From the human T2T-CHM13v2.0 reference genome, Homo sapiens: a stretch of DNA of 64,000 nucleotides. A model generated the notes under the pieces. The model saw only the letters and a program-made list of their open reading frames with translations. It searched no databases and had not been told where the DNA came from. Of this stretch, positions 56,701-64,000 are shown in pieces. Every line of letters starts with the position of its first letter. Position 1 is the stretch's first letter. The translations under genes and the position numbers were made by a program. The DNA is taken from the NCBI RefSeq assembly GCF_009914755.1, contig NC_060925.1; one strand, given 5' to 3'.

Positions 56701-58935
56701 ATCACTCTTATTCATTCATTCAAAGAAAAACCTCTGATTTTCTTGAGATTTTGTGTGGTGATATGGTTTGGCTCTGTGTCCCCACCCAAATCTCATCTCG
56801 AATTGTAATCCCCAAAATCCCCATGTGTCAAGGAAGGGACCTAGTGGGAGGTGATTGGATCATGGGGCCAGTTTCCTTCACGCTGTTCTCATGATAGTGC
56901 GTTCTCACAAGATCTGATTGTCTTATAAGGGGCTCCTCCCCCTTCATGCTTCTCTCTCTCCTGTCAGCTTGTGAAGAAGATGTTGGCTTCCCCTTCTGCC
57001 GTAATTGTAAGTTTCCTGAGGCCTCCCCAGCCATGTAGAACTGAGTCAACTAACTATCTTTCATTTATAACCCCAGCCATGTAGAACTGAGTCAACTAAC
57101 TATCTTTCATTCATAAATTAGTATCTCACAGAGGTTCTTTGAATTTCCTGAATTTGAGTGTCAACCTATCTAGTGAGGTGGGAAAATTTTTTGTAGGCAA
57201 CATCCTCAAATATGTTTTCCAAGTTGCTTACTCTCTCTCCCTTTTCATTATGCCAATGAATCATGGACTCAGTGTCCTTACATAATCCCATATTTATCAG
57301 AGGTTTTGTTCATTTAAAAAATTCTTTTCTCTTTATTTTTGTCTCACTCAGTTAATTCAATGAACCAGGCTTTGAGCTCTGAGATTCCTTTCTGAGCTTG
57401 GTCTATTCTGCTCTTAATACTTCTGATTGTTTTATGAAATTCTTGTAGTGAGTTTTTCAGCTCTATCAGATCAGTTTGGTTCTTTCTTAAAATGGCTATT
57501 TTGTCTTTAATCTATGAAATCATTTTTACTGCATTCTTTAGATGCTTTACATTCGGTTTCAACTTTTCCTGAATCTCGATGATCTTAATTGCAAGGCGGA
57601 TTTGAATTCTACACTATTTCAGCCATTCCATTCTGGTTGAAAACCATTATTCAGGTACTATGATCATTTGGAAGTAAGAATACACTCTGGCTTTTAGAGT
57701 TGTCAGAGTTCTTGTGCTGGTTCTTTCTCATCTGTGTGCAATAATGTTCCCTTAAGAGTGGTATAATTTGAGTATAGACAGTTGGCTTCATTTTTGCAGG
57801 TTTTTGGAGGCCTGGGGCTTTTTTTGTGGCTGAAATCTTGTCCTTGGTTTCACAGGGGAGTATATTCATAAAGTATTTTTGGTATTGAAGTTTGGGCTGT
57901 GATCCAGTAGATGGTGCTTAATGCAATGGCCAGTGATAGGCTCTTATTCAGCCATATGAGTCCTCTATATTTCCTCGCACTTGGAGCTGTGCTCCCTCTC
58001 AGTGCTTTAAGAGTTTGAGCTCCTTTCCCACTTAAGTGCTGTTTACAGATCTTCACTTGGCACTCCCAGGGTGCACACCACAGCACTGGAGAGTTCAGGC
58101 TTTTTATTGTCAACTCAGCTTGGAGGCAGCAGGTCCAGGCACCTTGGTAGTGGCAATGGCAGAAGGCCTTTCACTTGTCTCTTGGGGCTCCACCCCAGAG
58201 AAACGTAGAGCCATTGCCAATCAGAATAATCAGCCCAGGTTGGGGTGTCTGCATATCAGGCCCAAGCTGGGAGGCCCTGCCTGGTGAAGGGCAAGGGGGA
58301 CAGGGGGAACATGGGGAAGATAGTATGTCCTCTTCTCCACAGGGCAGCAATGGCATGCTGGAGGTGTGAGTAAAGCACTCAGGCTCTTTGTTCCTTCCCC
58401 AGCCTGATGGCGGCAAGGGCATACACTGCAGCAGCAGCTGTGACAGAGGGGCTGTTAGTTGCCTATGTGAACTCCATCTCAAAGAGACACAAAGCCACTG
58501 CCAATGGGAATGTTCAGCCAGGGATAAAATGGCTGTGCTGTGGGCCCAAGGCAGAGGTCCTGCCTGGTAAAGAGTAGGAAGTGGGGGCTTACAGGGTAGA
58601 CAGATTGGGTTCCTCTCTTTATGGCAGCTGTGGAGTGCTAGAGGTGCAAGCAAACATCAGAGGCTTTACTCTTTCCCCAGCCTGAGGATAAAAGGGGAAG
58701 TACTGCTGCAGCAGCAATGACAGAGATCCTGTGGGTTGTCTCTGGGATTTCTTACACAGAGAAGCAAAGAGCCCCTACTGACTGATCAGGATGGGGCAGG
58801 GCAATTGTCCTGTCTGGGGTCCCAGATCAGGAGTTCCTACCCAGTGAGAAGTGGCATGGTCAGGGAACCACATGGAAAACATTCTGACAGCTTTTCCTTA
58901 AGGCAGCTGCAGTGTGATATAGGCCGGTGATAGTT
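53775..58935 (-). mobile_element. Old L1P (PA16/PB-like) from 3' UTR to 5' UTR, with LTR insertion and internal deletion
   Basis: ORF2 to 56758; ORF1 region resumes at 57121; GC-richer 5' UTR about 57.9-58.9 kb. Confidence 0.85.
56759..57120 (+). mobile_element. THE1D/MSTA-like LTR, 3'-truncated, with a 46-bp tandem duplication
   Basis: TGATATGGTTTGGCTCTGTGTCCCCACCC start; 57025-57070 repeated at 57071-57116. Confidence 0.88.
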
Positions 58936-58950
58936 CTTTAAAAATGTTTT

Positions 58951-62105
<3,155 letters not shown>

Positions 62106-62109
62106 TCTA

Positions 62110-64000
62110 CAAATACACAAAAAACTCTAATAACACAATTAAAAAAACTGTTTAAAAAATGGATGAAAGACCTAAAGAAGCAGCACATCAGAGAAAGTAC
62201 ACATAGTAGAAAAACCATCTGAAAAGATGCTTGACATCATGTGTCTTTAGGAAATTACAAATTAAAATGATGAGATTCCACTACTACTACACAACTATTA
62301 TAATAACCAAATCCAAAAATACTGACATCAAATACTGTGAGAACGTGGACCAACAAGAACTCCCATTCACTATTGGTGGAAATGGAAAATGGTACAGCCA
62401 ATTTGGAAGACAGTTTAGCAGTTTCTTATAAAACTGAACACACTTTGACCATAACATTCAGCAATTGTGCTCCTTGGTTTTTACCTAAAGGACTTGAAAA
62501 CCATGTGCACATAAAAACATCCACATGTATGTTTATAGCTCTTTTATTTATAATTGACAAATTTTGAAGGGTAACATGATGTCCTTCAGTAGATAAAAGG
62601 CTGAACTCTAGTACATCCACACAATGAAATATTATTCATTTCTAAAGAGAAATGAGGAAGCAAGTCATGACATGAATAACCTTAAAAACATATTACTAAG
62701 TGAGAGAACCTGATCTGAAAAGGCTACATACTGTATGATTCCAAATATAGGACATTCTGGAAAAGGCAAAATTATGGAGACAGTAAAAAATTGAGTGGTT
62801 GCCATGGTTTAGAGGAGAGGAGAAATGAATAGACAGAGCAGAGAATATTTAGGGCTGAAGAAGTATTCTCTATGGCAAGGGTCCCCAACCCACAGGCCAC
62901 AAACTGGTACTGGTCCATGGCCTGTTAGGAACCAGGCCACAGGGCAAGAGGTGAGCTGCTGGGGAGTGAGCATTACTGTCTGAGCTCCACGCCCTGTCAG
63001 ATCAGTGGTGGCATTAGATTCTCATAGGAGTGTGAATCTTATTGTGAACTGTGCATGTAAGGGATCTACATTGCGAGCTCCTAATGAAAATCTAATGCCT
63101 GATGATCAGAGATGGAACAGTTTCATCCTGAAACCATGCCCCACCCTAGTCCATGGAAAAATTGTCTTCCACAAAACCAGTCCCTGGTGCCAAAATGGTT
63201 AAGAACTGCTGCTCTATGGTACTATAATGATAGATACATGTCATGCATTTGTCAAACCCCACCGAATAAATACCAAGAGTGAAACCTAATGTAAACTATT
63301 GACTTTGGGTAATAAAGACGTGTTAGAGTAGGTTCGTCGATTTTAACATAGATATCATTCTGGTTAGAGGTGTTGATAAATAACAGGGCAAGCTCTAAAG
63401 GTGTGAGGACAGGGAGTATATGGGAAATATCCGTACTTACCATTTATTTTGTTGTGAACCTATAACCACTCTAAAACATAAAATATATTATTTTTTAAAA
63501 GCCAGTTAACAAGTGTTGGTGGGCACATGGAGATAACAGAACATTCACACACCACAGAATGTAAAATGGCCTAGCTGACTTGGAAAACAGTCTTACATTT
63601 CATCAAATAATTAATATAAATTTACTATATGATCTAGTAGTCCCTCTCTTAGGTAAATACTTCAGAAAAATGAAAATGTATATCCACATAGAAACTTACA
63701 CACAAATGTTTATAGTACTACTATTCATTATATCTAAAAAGTAGAAATAACCCACATGTCCCTGAAGTGATGAATAAATTTAAAAAGAAGTGGTATAACT
63801 TATAACCATGCAATTAATTATTCAGCCATAAAAAGGAAAGAAGTACTGATGCATACTACAGCTTGGATAAACTTTGAAATATTATGCTAACGAAAAGAAG
63901 CCATTCAGAAAACACCACACACTGTATGATTAAACTCATATAAAAGTCCAGAATAAATAAATCTAAAGAGACAGAAAGTAAATTAATGGTTACTTAAGGC
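62110..64000 (+). mobile_element. L1MC/L1MB-type 3' regions (two fragments, boundary near 63500)
   Basis: AAAAGGCTACATACTGTATGATTCCA, GGAAAAGGCAAAATTATGGAGACAG, GTGAAACCTAATGTAAACTAT. Confidence 0.8.
62876..63211 (+). mobile_element. MER1B (hAT-Charlie DNA transposon)
   Basis: 336 bp, CAAGGGTCCCCAACC...GGTTAAGAACTGCTG ends; perfect 8-bp TSD CTCTATGG. Confidence 0.92.

Overview
Human (or great-ape) genomic DNA; a diagnostic AluYa5 points to human. It is AT-rich and made almost entirely of transposable elements. I recognised no cellular protein-coding gene, and the long ORFs in the track are L1, ERV gag, THE1-int or Alu remnants. Layout: (1) 1-10.2 kb is a three-level nest, with an LTR9/HUERS-P3-like ERV1 provirus inside the 5' LTR of a full THE1B element, itself inside an L1; (2) a tailless 5S rRNA retropseudogene; (3) a long block of mostly minus-strand L1s, including a twin-primed L1PA2/3 and a full-length L1PA4/5; (4) MLT1, LTR1, MST, THE1D, MER1B, MADE1 and about 10 Alus. 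Two things are not explained by TE annotation. First, two apparently non-TE islands (about 16.65-18.6 kb and 44.7-46.3 kb) carry several long, imperfect, G-U-containing + strand stem-loops. Two of these are diverged paralogues with miR-506/888-like arm ends, so this may be a structured-RNA or decayed miRNA cluster. Second, there are three locally templated insertions of different ages (157-330 bp copied from 1-2 kb away) plus one complex filler. Subfamily names are from recall of consensus sequences and all base-pairing was done by eye; nothing was computed or searched.
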